A stretch of 64,000 nt of DNA from Diplonema japonicum (taxonomy: Eukaryota; Protista; Euglenozoa: Diplonemea): contig OZ025736.1 of NCBI GenBank assembly GCA_964019335.1, positions 310,001 to 374,000 on the forward strand, given 5' to 3'. Made by a program: the position numbers and the translations under genes. Numbering within the stretch: the stretch's first letter is position 1; the number at the start of each line of letters is the position of its first letter. Shown here in pieces: positions 24,801 through 32,800 of the stretch. Under the pieces are notes generated by a model. The model searched no databases. It was given only the letters and a program-made list of their open reading frames with translations, and was not told where the DNA came from.

Positions 24801-26573
24801 CTGCTCTGCTGTGTGAGGTGCCTCGCACAAGACGGTTCCGGTGCACACATCATGGCAGGCAGTCGACGTCGCAAACGACTTCTCATTCGCAGTGTGCCTC
24901 AAGTAGCGCTCTTGAGAAGCCGGCGAAGCACCGAGTTCGACAGTCTCTGCTAACTCTTGACGGGAGTTGGGGGTGTTGAAAGGGGTGCAGGCTACGGTAG
25001 AAAATGCGGCTTTCTCAAGCGGGATAGTCTGAGTAAGTGTGGCGGGGAGGTAGTCGCGGGAGGGATCACACCCCTCCTCCCCTCTGCTCTCCCCGAAAGG
25101 GCTTGACGAAGGCTCATCGCAGCCATCGTAGGAACGCACCTCGCTCGACGGGGCAGACGGTCTCAACGTGTCGACGGTGACACCGTACTTGTTGCGCACG
25201 CAGATCTCACTGGCCTCGTTCACCTTGCATACCGTGTTCAGGTACTCCATCCAGTCGTCTTCCTGTTCCTCTCTATACCGCACATGTTGGGTTTCAGAGT
25301 GCCCTCTTACACTCTCGTACCCCACGCTGCTGTTGTAAGAAGTGCTTCTGTGTTTGAGCTCCGAGGTAGCCATTGAGTCGTCCATGGACTCTGCTGCCTG
25401 CCACCCTGCACCGCCGTATGTGTTCATCAAATCGTCGATGATGACCTGCGGCTGCTTTCCGTTGTTCAGAGCGGCGATGACCTCGGAGACCTCTTCGAAA
25501 GTGAGGTCGATGAGAAGGGCAGCCCACATGTCTGCGAGGCCTATCCTCAGGCACAGCTGTGACACGCCTGGGTAGATGAGCGTGGAGAGCGGCACACCAA
25601 GCTCGTCCGACTGCTCAACATGGCACATGTTAGGGACAAACGCGTACACAAGCCGCTTCTCCCCTCTGATGAGGTCTTGCAGGGATCGCAAGGAAAGCTC
25701 TCGTCTCCCTTCCGTTGAAAAGCCCAAGCCGCAGTCCTTCAGCCGCCGCCATCCGTTTGCCACTACCTTTGCAATAAGGGGGTTCAACGAGACTCGCAGC
25801 TCGTGCATCACCTGATCGCTGACGAGGAAGTCCTCCCTGCATGAACCGCCTCTGCCGGTCACCAGTGTGTTCAAGAAGATCTTCTCAGCACCGTCTAGGA
25901 AGGCATCGTCTTCAGAATGGGTTGTTCTTAGAAAGGTGACACTGCTTGTCCCCACCTCACATCCGGAGTTTAGATCTTCGAGCATTGCTGAGACAAGCCC
26001 ACGGTGAAGCCCTGCAGCGATCGCAATATTCTGCTGGGTAGGCTGTAAAAGCAGCTTTTTAAGTGAAGGGACAGACGCAAATGCGGCCGCTTGAGATGCC
26101 CCGGCGAAGTCGATCGGCTGGCATCGAGACAGAAGCATGATTAAGTCAAGCAGGGTGGGCAGCAACGACCCGAAACGGAGAGAGAGGAAGGTCTTGGCTA
26201 GATGATAATTCCTGTAAAGAGGACAGTTGTCAAGCCCCGTCACCATGGACTGGTGCACGTGGAACGTTATGGGCGAACCTCGAGCTTCGTTGTTGTAAGT
26301 GACTGTGAAGCTTGGGTTTCCAAATAATTCCAACAATGCGGCTGCTCTTTCGAAGGACTTGTTGAGGCGTTCCTCCAATCCTTTGATGACGAACTCGAGT
26401 GCCGCTGTACAGCCTCTCACACAAATAGACACGCTGCACCCTGGCCTTCCCTCCATGCCTGTGAGGTCGTCTTCCCAGCGAGCGCCTTTCTTAATTCTGA
26501 TCAGCTCTTCGTTTTTGGTTTGTGCAATTTTTAGCACTTCTCGAAGCTCAACAGCTTTCTTGGATGGTGTCAT
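12852..26573 (-). CDS. Giant 4573-aa protein with folded-looking termini and a long disordered, internally repeated centre
   Basis: 13.7-kb uninterrupted ORF without homopolymer tracts. The C-terminal region looks helical (HEAT/ARM-like). I recognise no family. Confidence 0.85.
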   Translation of the reverse strand: MTPSKKAVELREVLKIAQTKNEELIRIKKGARWEDDLTGMEGRPGCSVSICVRGCTAALEFVIKGLEERLNKSFERAAALLELFGNPSFTVTYNNEARGSPITFHVHQSMVTGLDNCPLYRNYHLAKTFLSLRFGSLLPTLLDLIMLLSRCQPIDFAGASQAAAFASVPSLKKLLLQPTQQNIAIAAGLHRGLVSAMLEDLNSGCEVGTSSVTFLRTTHSEDDAFLDGAEKIFLNTLVTGRGGSCREDFLVSDQVMHELRVSLNPLIAKVVANGWRRLKDCGLGFSTEGRRELSLRSLQDLIRGEKRLVYAFVPNMCHVEQSDELGVPLSTLIYPGVSQLCLRIGLADMWAALLIDLTFEEVSEVIAALNNGKQPQVIIDDLMNTYGGAGWQAAESMDDSMATSELKHRSTSYNSSVGYESVRGHSETQHVRYREEQEDDWMEYLNTVCKVNEASEICVRNKYGVTVDTLRPSAPSSEVRSYDGCDEPSSSPFGESRGEEGCDPSRDYLPATLTQTIPLEKAAFSTVACTPFNTPNSRQELAETVELGASPASQERYLRHTANEKSFATSTACHDVCTGTVLCEAPHTAEQGTSMEHAQQKLIEVTSVMSVTGYTRSTFTHTTSTANLQNTPSTDPARCALQSVVGDKESMLAEHCVQSERSQVSTSCTLPQDVLARVQTTQPVGEERIFGTLKQKRGGAGRTPFVETCSDGENNDSGPSTMIHRDCLPSDGVVSQQGMGGSAALKTRHEDPDTRTNAMIPDIGANKTSESALKSRVEEFLDSSRGDASELSNRPLPPTAASKATQWVAGSQAGTVPRMGTTHTNTESPGVRHTGTTTTLPQVHSHAASMTEPTEVKNTPATHAKPAEQGPQVLAQQPNSLWGLPVQKPEGLAYCDAIGEPDAVLGQGGTKNETPTDGRDSLGKSPTELQNNRMPVDMGTVGAGKRCGAVNSLPDQKPIEFCRNNVISVPDTVSGLRDAEKEAPCAPAGGRDSFGAAGAEQQVTRTEGSAALPTATGRLVGAREFPRQGTTTTKGGGDSNEKEHESSRRGSIKDSVTKHLCGLQKYGGSTPLQADSDGSEAVWSDSAHVQLSSAQPGAHEQSSQGAALGVPSPATRVEATKEAGRSVLLAGARRAAGWQEDNEDGSFSEVDSSATPQAFLKGDPVNPSKRPDVLAPHQAASGDSLRDSAKQDDFGTSREPMHKQTAAPEHSPDTGAPQQHKAGVPAFLPKTALNRTEHAKRGSTPLQTDSDDSGTVWSDDSQVQFSSTQLGAHNQPSQGAVLGVPPRVEATKEAVRLEQLAGAQRAAGGQGGGVERSFSEVDSSAAPQTYLQGDPVHPSKGPDIQATSLAPHQASRDLRDSTKQKELGACREPMHNQTASEHSPDTGTVPRQYRAGTPVFIPKTALTRAESARRGSEPMQTDSDDSGTVWSDDSQVQLSSTQLGAHNQPSQGATLVPSPSPTRVEATKEAGRRLGQLAGARRAAGRQDQSQYLRGDPIHPSKGPEVLASHRQAASGDSLRGAAKQDGFGTCRHNKTAAPERVPDTDTHTRAEPAPDNAAGEERTSLSQTTGDADTLGGTPVAIEAKKPFGVQRRLDEASGTDDTEGFDSHKVLSSRKEEALQRERSLSNPRVKHSTPSLPLQTDSNNSVTAWSDDAGGKPVPLTRPDSHEQSTQAAVPKKGVGTTRGSSGHLAGTPLKEAESVGATLHPLHQAGAPIPKTDTSRRVSSLEEKTAPLQKREGERKASTSKNGSGKTGRSTSCDAGGSDTEAASRPGRCGIPRTVPVTAGSPGTTPVNAPRAEPAGSDTEASVASVVKKQAKQGKNTTSISALSIDEAEKDVPPLSDPGVMHDKQADEALSSTLGEPKDKTGLREEPARPHNTATKGRMTGAVNIEHDGCSDDTQSRDTVSNSQQQGVSRQGQHGLKPNGHAKTVGVSKQLATEELPPLTAVTVAAGECDEPHGVDTSHSQTHDGTSAHSNPLRRPGLAAESSTESTEGFNARKNERSVRRKKRASEHGRASNSHAKSGHSTGTVRKDDTGDEIHGTQAPRASGEPLPHTNLAVSAADDAERKRSQTAHNVGIRNTPEAVNIETDTSTGGTAVVVKRPFGVQHTERTETGNEAPTHATALSGSCVKPRNNLPPQTDCGDGTADGSSVPAVERANKLSTTKRGDSSMGCSRVEPDTQPEHQAGSESQLSHVAHNKTSPASEDGTPRAKRDAEHVPVNSEEDDTNSKTGLSASKHGDTLNNDVPPHSSGGPVTALYTARQIGSPKVVAKYTPKDISAPAIVPRPTANPMQGPSSDEDEHAATSIAGRRQERHDANGDFGEESKKGSQKDSSASLSEIHRADTPHHERRLSECSAGTMWSGESRYRPYTPPCSSQTPREDDLHVHYTNGGDELSSSGEVRGTLPADGSRVQLSEDHDRETRGLCLTPSLTRKHSVPTEIAVTHEKNTPPLPETREGGTRPTVSHDTGIPGAHEGCTERLGRNVDPADSISRENPLDKNGLTRSMLDVSLGSPLQCVPETIRHNNYVVKETLIDSDTEAPMGGSFARQRKWSEGSTEGFEGVDERSTAKSRRELQSLRAPVTADADTESPVTSASARPVPSLHEDDVPLGTLVQQGVTDQVRKRRPHENVESSKYSSTCGRSRTKQVVSQTKSTAENPSGRNTVAKGAQRLALHDEIGSTGSSESSFVHKRSSDKKRKAADYTATHSIWNVKPRGTLVQTDSDDSGTVWSDGSQAQFDSTQPGAHEQSSQGAALGVSSPATRVEATKEAGRRNGQLAGARRAAEWQSDSEDGSFSEVGSTCREPMQSASPEHSPDTGTDTDAVKAVPQSYKASAPAFLPETALTRAEPARRGSVPVRTDSDDSGTVWSDDSQVQFSSTQLGAHKQGTALGVPSPSPTRVEATKEAGRRRERGARREGDNEDGSFAEVDNSATPQVNLKGDPLSKGPDVLASHRQAASGDNLKDSAKQNEFGTDREPMHKQAASEHSPGTETRKAVPQQRKAAFLPKTALTRTEHAKRGSVPLQTDSDDSGTVWSDDSQAQFDSTQPGAHEQSSQGAALGVSSPATRVEATKEAGRRNGQLAGARRATGWQSDNVDWSFSEVGSSATPQANLQGDPVHPSKGPGVRAPHLQAVSGDSLRDSAKQNEFGTGREPMHKQAASEHSPDTGADTEAMKVVPQPYRIGVPDFLPKTALTRTEHAKQGSTPVQTDSDDSGTVWSDDSQVQLSSTQLDAGTALNAPSQTTRVEATKEAGRRHGQLAGATRRNAGNEDGSFASANSSATSQKYLKGDPMGSTPGRFEVKKRKPFGMQRRLDEASGTDDTEGFDSHKVLSSRKEEALQRERSLSSPRVKHSTPSLPLQTDSNNSVTAWSDDAGGKPVPLTRPDSHEQSTQAAVPKKGVETTRGPSGHLAGTPLKETDGGSDTEAESVSAVPNYVDQLRASKHSRTTATEHSSKALLAVNRGKNSLVADSDTGTEDSVLSETPIQRNPFRRARRYVEDSSMEETGQCCRTAEEEVFDASEMHKTSATHVPLSSQGVEPTAKASSLDTRNKVSKAPTRSQSKALNRFGDNSKTNGIEDFGKQGGHDSREGLEVHSDCTETSGLRRAPKMLKEHTEHPQVAVVEEAVVGNKQALFGKASEQSKPSLMTHTVSMSSLGDASDKNASTSTMMSQCGDWEESLSCEHSTRQIRSVEPMASLGTRRRSDAGEQERSETALTATQSMSTLHSPPAIPVEGYLNTNEINAIASERMPFEGSNAVDLTGGRPGNAPGSKPEKWHRFCDSSNLSGVSMLRLNRSTQMVDMLFESDEDEAPCPRHPPVVVATIVNHGCGAVDFSEGSPCTSYVDMDLIDPSAHEEEEKEEEEEDTADDSFQSVPNPLTVSARKFQQSVSPYRTIQSVVKESVVDECGTTRVGMSLDVSSCTSQSSIAGDESDGSWTDDEVYEALGAPSQVVVGALAAAASTLASMPRTMFIPIAAVRRGVKQLWEQSDEFKDGLCRAGIDMSNAKGDFVEFTKKLVGMLSCEDISADCDGVLCKTDDEYQLAMLFSEKLGVIVNTFGLGKTDPTCYTMYEKTYGITASLRMSGDIPSVIKPDLREGIVSYFTYQNASVGSKNRYGMEYTALYYLALMSKGSEVEASGMLCQPHDTPQSHHVIELIQEGVQRGRSYPYVIRKCRMWFCPMEDAALEGIIDGLGCWYADVAAAMAPFLRNKKYSALHATLLVKAVDHPQWHFYTMLLTVCDEAQEFRANLLRSLAACHRDGDVEMANILHTARPYPLCLYLFNLSPCMWSGAALSYAAKDPYFTVGRDTTPLLKAALRYCLVGPIDTTQNEDWLHRAMTGLKVMERMLTAGELREVANDDDRISWWHVGSLLHRLPEGAKSHKVLCVRLLCYGWGVTRRHARRVVGLVTGHNVLSGCQEIVAEVCGGLATVVKKTGGAKEIVQCVAAVLPLLLEYAASEQPSLKVAALKGIIRLVRVSPLVHEWLGDEMAVYPCTLRGVFSQACLQGALPTLLDLVAQWPPVQVETPCSMEPHEPFTPPLPPRAYQTATLHARAITHQDFDYRFENPDGVMMA
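16317..18420 (-). repeat. Coding repeat cluster 2 of the giant protein
   Basis: Four units containing TDSDDSGTVWSD (DNA gtcccactgtcgtcgctgtc near 16921, 17470, 17968 and 18382). A block at about 16317-16655 is nearly identical to about 21477-21815. Confidence 0.9.
21477..23370 (-). repeat. Coding repeat cluster 1 of the giant protein
   Basis: Three units of about 500 bp (near 22291, 22810 and a variant near 23331) sharing RVEATKEA and the VWSD motif. Confidence 0.9.
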
Positions 26574-28425
26574 CTTTTTTTTTTTTTCTTATAAAAAAAA
26601 AAAGGTGCCGTGTTTATATCTTTGTATTGTGATGGGTCAGAAAAATTGGGAAGCAAAATAAAATAAAATAAAAAGTGGGGATAAAAAAAAATAAATAAAA
26701 AAATAAAGGAACACAGAAGGAGAATTATGAAGGGGGGGAGGTAAAAAAAAAGAGAAAAAGAAAAAATGAAACAATAAAAGGGGGGTATCGTGTGGGGGGG
26801 GGGGGAGTGTATTTTTTCCCTTCTTTCCCTTTTTCCCCCCCCCTCCTTCTATTTTCTTTTTTTTATTATCTCCTTTTTTTTTTGGAAGTATCGGAAATCT
26901 TTAGAGAGGGGAAGGGGAGGGCACGACCACCAGTAGGGAAAGAAACGGTGGTGGGGGTTTTTTTCGTTCCTTGTTCTCTTTTGTTTTCTTTCAATTTCTG
27001 TTAACACACGAAAAAAAAGGGGGGGGAAGGGTAACAGTGTACATGCCATCAAAAGAAAACAGCTTTCTTTTTTTTTTTTTTTTTATTCTCCTTCTTCTTG
27101 CCCCTTCCCGTTCCACGGGTTTCTCTGATCATAAGGCTCACTTTGACAATACTTGTTGTTTAGTAAACCTTAGTACAGCCTTATGAGTACAGAAAAGCAA
27201 CAAAAAAAAATTCTGAACCGAACTTACTACTCTAAATTCTACAAGCTATTTGGGGAGAGGAGGGAGATGACGATAAGGGGGGGGGGGGGGGGGGGGAGCC
27301 CAACCAGGGACTTTTTTTTTCCCTCCGTTTTTTTTTTTTTTTTTTTCTTCTTTCCGTCGAAAACTTTGCCAAAGTCTCTATAAGAGGGCTTTAAAAAAGA
27401 ATAAATCGGAGCTTAAGTACTTACGTGTACTAGGCAATCGAGAGACTTTTTTTTTCCCCCATTTAGTTGGGCAAACCCGGGTTTGCAAACGAATTCAAAT
27501 AAGTATTTAAAGGGGGGAAAAAAAAAACATTAAGATAACTGGTACTATCACTTTTCGGGAAACATAAAAAAAAAAAAGAAAAAGAGAGAAACTAAATTTG
27601 CCATTGCAGCCTTTTTCTCTTTTTTTTTCTTCTTTTTTTTCTTTTTTTTTTTCTTTTTTTTTTTTCCAGCTCATTTAAAGATAAAAAAGGGGGGGGAAAT
27701 AAATCAACCATTTTCTTTTTCTTCCAAATACGCCCTTTTTTTCTTTTTTCTGTTTTTTTTTTTTCTTTTCTTTTTCCCGTTTGTTCTCCTCTCCCCTCTT
27801 TTTTTTGTTTTCTTCTTCTTCTTTCCTGCACACAACATAAAAAAAAAATTGAAAACGGGAAAATGGATGGGGGAATGAAACAGGGGAGTTGGAGACAGAT
27901 AAAAAAAAAAAAAGAGAAAAAAAATGAATTGGGGAAGAGAGAAGAGAGAAGAATAAAGAGAGAGAGACGAAGTTAGATAAAAACAGAAGATCAGAAAAAG
28001 AAGAAACAGAAAAAAGAAAATGACGATAATTATGGAACTTCAGGAACTTCATTCCTCTCCCCCCCCCCCCCCCCCCCCTCTCTCTCTCTCTTTATTCTTA
28101 TTTTATTTGGCTCCGATTGTTACCTTTCACCGGTCCTACCCCCCTTTTTTTTTTCTCCTCTCCCTTTGATGTGGCATATACTTGCACCCCCCTCCCCCCC
28201 AAAAAAAAGAAAGAAAATATACTTTTCCCTCTTTTTCTTTTTTGTTTTAGCAGGACAAACAATAACAAACCCAGACCTAATTCTTTTCTTTAATTTTTTT
28301 TTTTTTGAATTTTTTTTTTTTTTTTTTGTATCCTTAAAAAAAAAGGGGGAATTTTTCAAAATACCACAACATCTTTTACAAAATGGTACGAGGAGGCAGA
28401 GAAAGGGGAGAGAAGGGGGGTGATT

Positions 28426-28459
<34 letters not shown>

Positions 28460-28488
28460 CTTCTATTTTTTTACTAATAATATATTGT

Positions 28489-28885
28489 TCACCTTGAAGC
28501 GGCCGGCGCTGCAGAAGGCACAGCAGAGGCAGAAGGGGTAGGACGGTCACGCGACCGCCTCTGGCGGTTGGGGTTCGGGGGACGCTGGGAGTTTGGCGGC
28601 ACATACAAGCCAGTCCCACACTCGCATCTAATTGTCTCGCCTGCTGAGGCTGTGAAAGTCCTTCGACAACCAGGGCAAATGACTAATGTAACCTGCCTCT
28701 GGTCAGGGGGGAGAGAGGACTTGGTGACAACCCTGTTATCCGCCCGCCATAAGCTGTTCCCCGCTTGCGGCTGTATCAAATTCTTGCAAACACATTTCAC
28801 CACCTTACCAGGGGGCGCAAAAAGCCTTTGGCTGCACTGATTGCACACCACAATGACAGAGGTTGCTGGATCCCAAGTCATTCCT

Positions 28886-28919
<34 letters not shown>

Positions 28920-29384
28920 CTTTCTTCTCCACCCATACTCTTCGGGCTTGGGGCAGGGTGGTCCGGAATGTACACAGCAGGTATTTTGTTCATTCTTCTT
29001 ATCCTGTTGGCCTCTACCATTATGGAGGCACGGCAGAGGGGGCACTTAATGTCTTTGTCGATTTTTGCCACATTTCTCGCCTTTTCGACTTGGTCGGAGA
29101 TCTGCTTCTCCCTGGTCTCCACGTACTTAAGGAAGCACTCCATACAGAATTTGTGCCCGCACTTGGTCACAACACCCTTGTTGAGATCCTTCACTGCAGT
29201 GAAGTCTTCAAAGCACATGGAACAGCTGAAGTCGCTTGCCGTTGTCCCAGTGGATTCTTCATGTAGTTGCTGTAGGGGGGGAAGGGTTTTTTTTTTTTTT
29301 TTTTTCTCGTTGCCACACCTGTGCTAGCTTCATATCATCTTCCTCTCGCGTCTTTTGCTCCTCGCTGATCGGCCTCATCGACAT
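28489..29384 (-). CDS. MIU-like motif + RING finger + two small C4 zinc ribbons (putative E3 ubiquitin ligase)
   Basis: Introns 29270-29318 and 28884-28938 join three exons in frame. Motifs EEDDMKLAQQLHEE, CSMC..CGHKFCMEC..CPLCR, CNQC..CVC and CPGC..CEC. Confidence 0.8.
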
Positions 29385-29872
29385 TTTTTTTCTCTCTCTT
29401 TTTTTTTTCTTCTTCTTCAAAAAAAAAAAACGACCCCTCTTCCTTTTTTTTTTTTTTGGGTTGGAAAACTTCTCCAGGTTTTACCGGTACGTACAAACAA
29501 CGGCCAGTTCCTCTTTCCATCTTTTTCCGCTGGGGCATACAAAAATAAAAAAATAAAAAATAAAAAAAAGAGAATGTCATTCAAATGAGAAAAGGAAAAC
29601 AAAAAAAAAACAAAAAACTGCTGTCCAAGAGCACCTTTTTTTTTTCTCTTTTCCCCCCTCCCTCTTTTTTTTTTCTTTTGTTCTCCTTCAATGATCCTCT
29701 TTGAAGCGGCTAGACAGAAGAGGAAGAACAATAAAAAGTAAAAATAAAAAATAAAAATAGCATTTTCTTTCTTTTTTTTTTTTCCCTCCTTTTTTTTTTT
29801 TTTTCTTCCTGGGATAAAAAAAAAGTTGTAAAAAAAAAAAAAGTGATATATGATGTTTCTCTCTATCTGTCT

Positions 29873-32800
29873 CTAAAACCCTTTCGGCAGCTTGCGTTTT
29901 CCCAACATGACAGCCTGCTGAACAGGACCTCGTAGCTCGCGCGGGAGGACCTTGACCTTGGGCTTCGGAAGATCTTGCTTTATAGGTTTCGGTGGGTTTT
30001 GCTTTTTCCGTTTATATTCAAGAAGAGCGGCTCTCGTGCATTCGTCGTTCATGGGACGCGTCGCATCTTTATGCAAATCCTTCTCTGTGAGGTTTCCTTT
30101 TGGTTGCGGGAGGGAACCGGCTCCTTCGAACGAACCACTTTGGAAAACGACCCCTCGTTCCCTTGCATCAACAATGAGCTTCCTCCACAGGTCGCTTTCT
30201 GCCATTGTTTCAACATGACAGACCACAATGACAATACTCTGACCTCTCGTCAAAGAAACGTTGACACGTTCTGCTTTTGCGGTAAAGCCCAGACCCTTAG
30301 CATCGCCCGGTGCCCTCACACACGATATCACAATTGCTTTTTTCTCCCTTCCTTGGTACCCATCTACAGTGTCCACCTCCACCCCGTTCAACCGTTGCTG
30401 TATGAACACCGACTGGTCTTTGTAAGGGGTGATAACGCCAATATCTGAATTTTGCAGGTTCGCTGCCAGTTTGACCTTCCTCACAATGTTCATCACGACG
30501 CTCGCCTCAACAGGGTTCTTGATGCTCGACGAACGTTCGCTTTTCACAGTACGGCCGTTGTTCACATTCACTACGAAGTAAGGCAGGACAGGCAGCTGCG
30601 TCCTCTTCAGCAGCGATTCATGGTCGGTCAGCCTGTTGGAATAAAACGCTTTGCTAGGGAAGGACCGGATATCAGGATGCATTCGGTACTGCGTGGACAG
30701 GAGGTACGGGACATGCCCGCCTGCTCGAAGACGGGCGAAGAGGGAGGTATCGTAACCGCTGTTCTGTGCTTCAGGGGACAGGATGGTGGCTGGAAGCTGC
30801 TTATCATCACCGACCATGACACATGTTTTGGCACCGTGCTTCAAGGCAAGAAGGACATCTGGTTCAACGCATTGTGCTGCTTCGTCAATTACCACTGCTG
30901 TGAACTTGTTTGGGAAATCCTTGCAGCTGCCCAGTGTGCTGAACACTAGCTGTGCGGAGTTCAAGATGGACGCTTTTGCTTCTGTCCTACCTTGTTCTGC
31001 GGCCTCTGCGGCTTCTTTTCGTTTTCTGGCTTCTGTTTTCATTTTGCTCTGCATGAGTCGTATTTTTTCTGCCAAGTTCACATAGTCCGAGCCTGTTTTC
31101 TTCGTCATCATCTTCAGTTTTGTTTCCTCCGCAGCGAGCTGGCTGCACAGCAAGGTGTAGCTGTCGTGTGTTCTGTCGACCTGGTCCCGCTTCGTCCCTA
31201 GCTGCAGCTCCACGATGTCCTCCAAGAAGAGCGGCCATAGTTTTTGGTTCACCTTTGCCCTGACGCCCACACGGACCATGAGCGGTTTGAACACCTCGCC
31301 CTTGCTGTTCCGCAGCCCACTGGTCGCCACACGCAACGCCACCTCATCAACAGCGGTGTTCGATGGCGCGACCACAAGGACGTTCCTATGCCTCCCTTCA
31401 TGCTTAGGCCGGTCCACGAGCAGCGCACCAAGCAGCCCTAAAATCGTATGCGTCTTTCCCGTTCCTGGTGGACCTTGAATCAAAGAAATCCCTTCAGCGG
31501 ATGCCGATTTGAGAATAGCGTTCCGCTGGCTGAAGTTGAAACGCCGGCCAAGATACGCAAGGTAGCCGGAGGGAATCGATGTTTCGCTGTGTGGTGTGAA
31601 CAGGGGTTTGGCAGAGAGGAGGGTCCGAAAGAGAGGGAGGAGGGACAGATGGTTGATCACCCAGGTCTGATGGAAAATGGACCCAACGCGTGTCAGAGGG
31701 GAGACTTCGACACCTCTGCTGACGTACATCAGTTCGAGTTGTGCCTTTGTGAGGCAGACGCGCAGCTGGTTGTGTCTACGGAAGTTTCTCGTAACCTTTC
31801 CCAGCACCAGCTCGTCGGTGTTGAAGTCCATCGCTACTAGCTCCATTTGCGAGTAAAAATTTTGTGCGGGCATCTCGAACTCAATGACGACCTCACCCAT
31901 GTCCCCTATCACCTCTGTCACAATACCCCTGTCGTGGTATGTCGCCCTGAACTCCTTGATGGCCCTCTGTACCCCGCATACGCCTTCTTCCAGAATGTAT
32001 GGGAATAAGGTCTTTGCGTAGCTGTCCTCTGACACGTACGAGGTTTGAAGAGTGGGCAGCTTCCTGCCTGTCAGTTGGTGTGGCATCTGTGCATCGAGCA
32101 AGGAGTGCAGCAGCAAGTTCTGCTGACTTGGGAACCGCTTCTCCCTCAGCTGTCGAACGCTCTCCGTCGCCGCCTGTTTTTGCATTGCTAGGAACCGCTT
32201 GTCGCCTGCCGCAAGCGCATTGCTGTTCAGCTGTTTTTGCTGCACCACAAGCTTGTTGTTCGCTATGTTGATTGGCTTCGACTCCCCCATCTTGGATCTG
32301 GGGTCCACCAACCATACGGCTCCGCACGGCTGCTGCTCTATCTGCACCTGTGAAGTACCAGTAGCAAGCTTAGCCACCTGCCGCAAAGCTTTTTCTTCTC
32401 TCGACAGCTTCGGCATCCTTGGCGCTGGGGTCATGACACGTGCTGCCATGTCTACAAGGAAAGCTGCTTTCCCTTTGGAGGTGGCTCCGTGAGTTGTGAC
32501 TTCTTCGGGTGCTGCTTGAGCTTTCGGTGGGTCCTCTTCCTCTACGCACTCTTCATCGTCGTCATCGTCCAAGATCCCAAGTGTGTACTGGGGCATGAAC
32601 TCTGGACACTTTGGTTTGACAGGTGTGATGTCAGCGCTGTACTCATGGCCCTTCGACCAGGCCACGAGTCGCTCTGCAGTGGGCGTGTAGTGGGCAACAC
32701 GTGTGATAGCTTCCACAGCGTTGGGGTGCCTGCCGATGATGCGTGTGAATAGATTCCTATCCTCTTCAGAGGTGAAGGCACGGGCCTCTGCGAGATTCGA

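Noticed and set aside
27170-27200. TTTCTGTACT, resembling part of the euglenozoan spliced-leader exon
   Set aside because: Only 10 nt match, the rest of the leader is absent and no GT donor follows.
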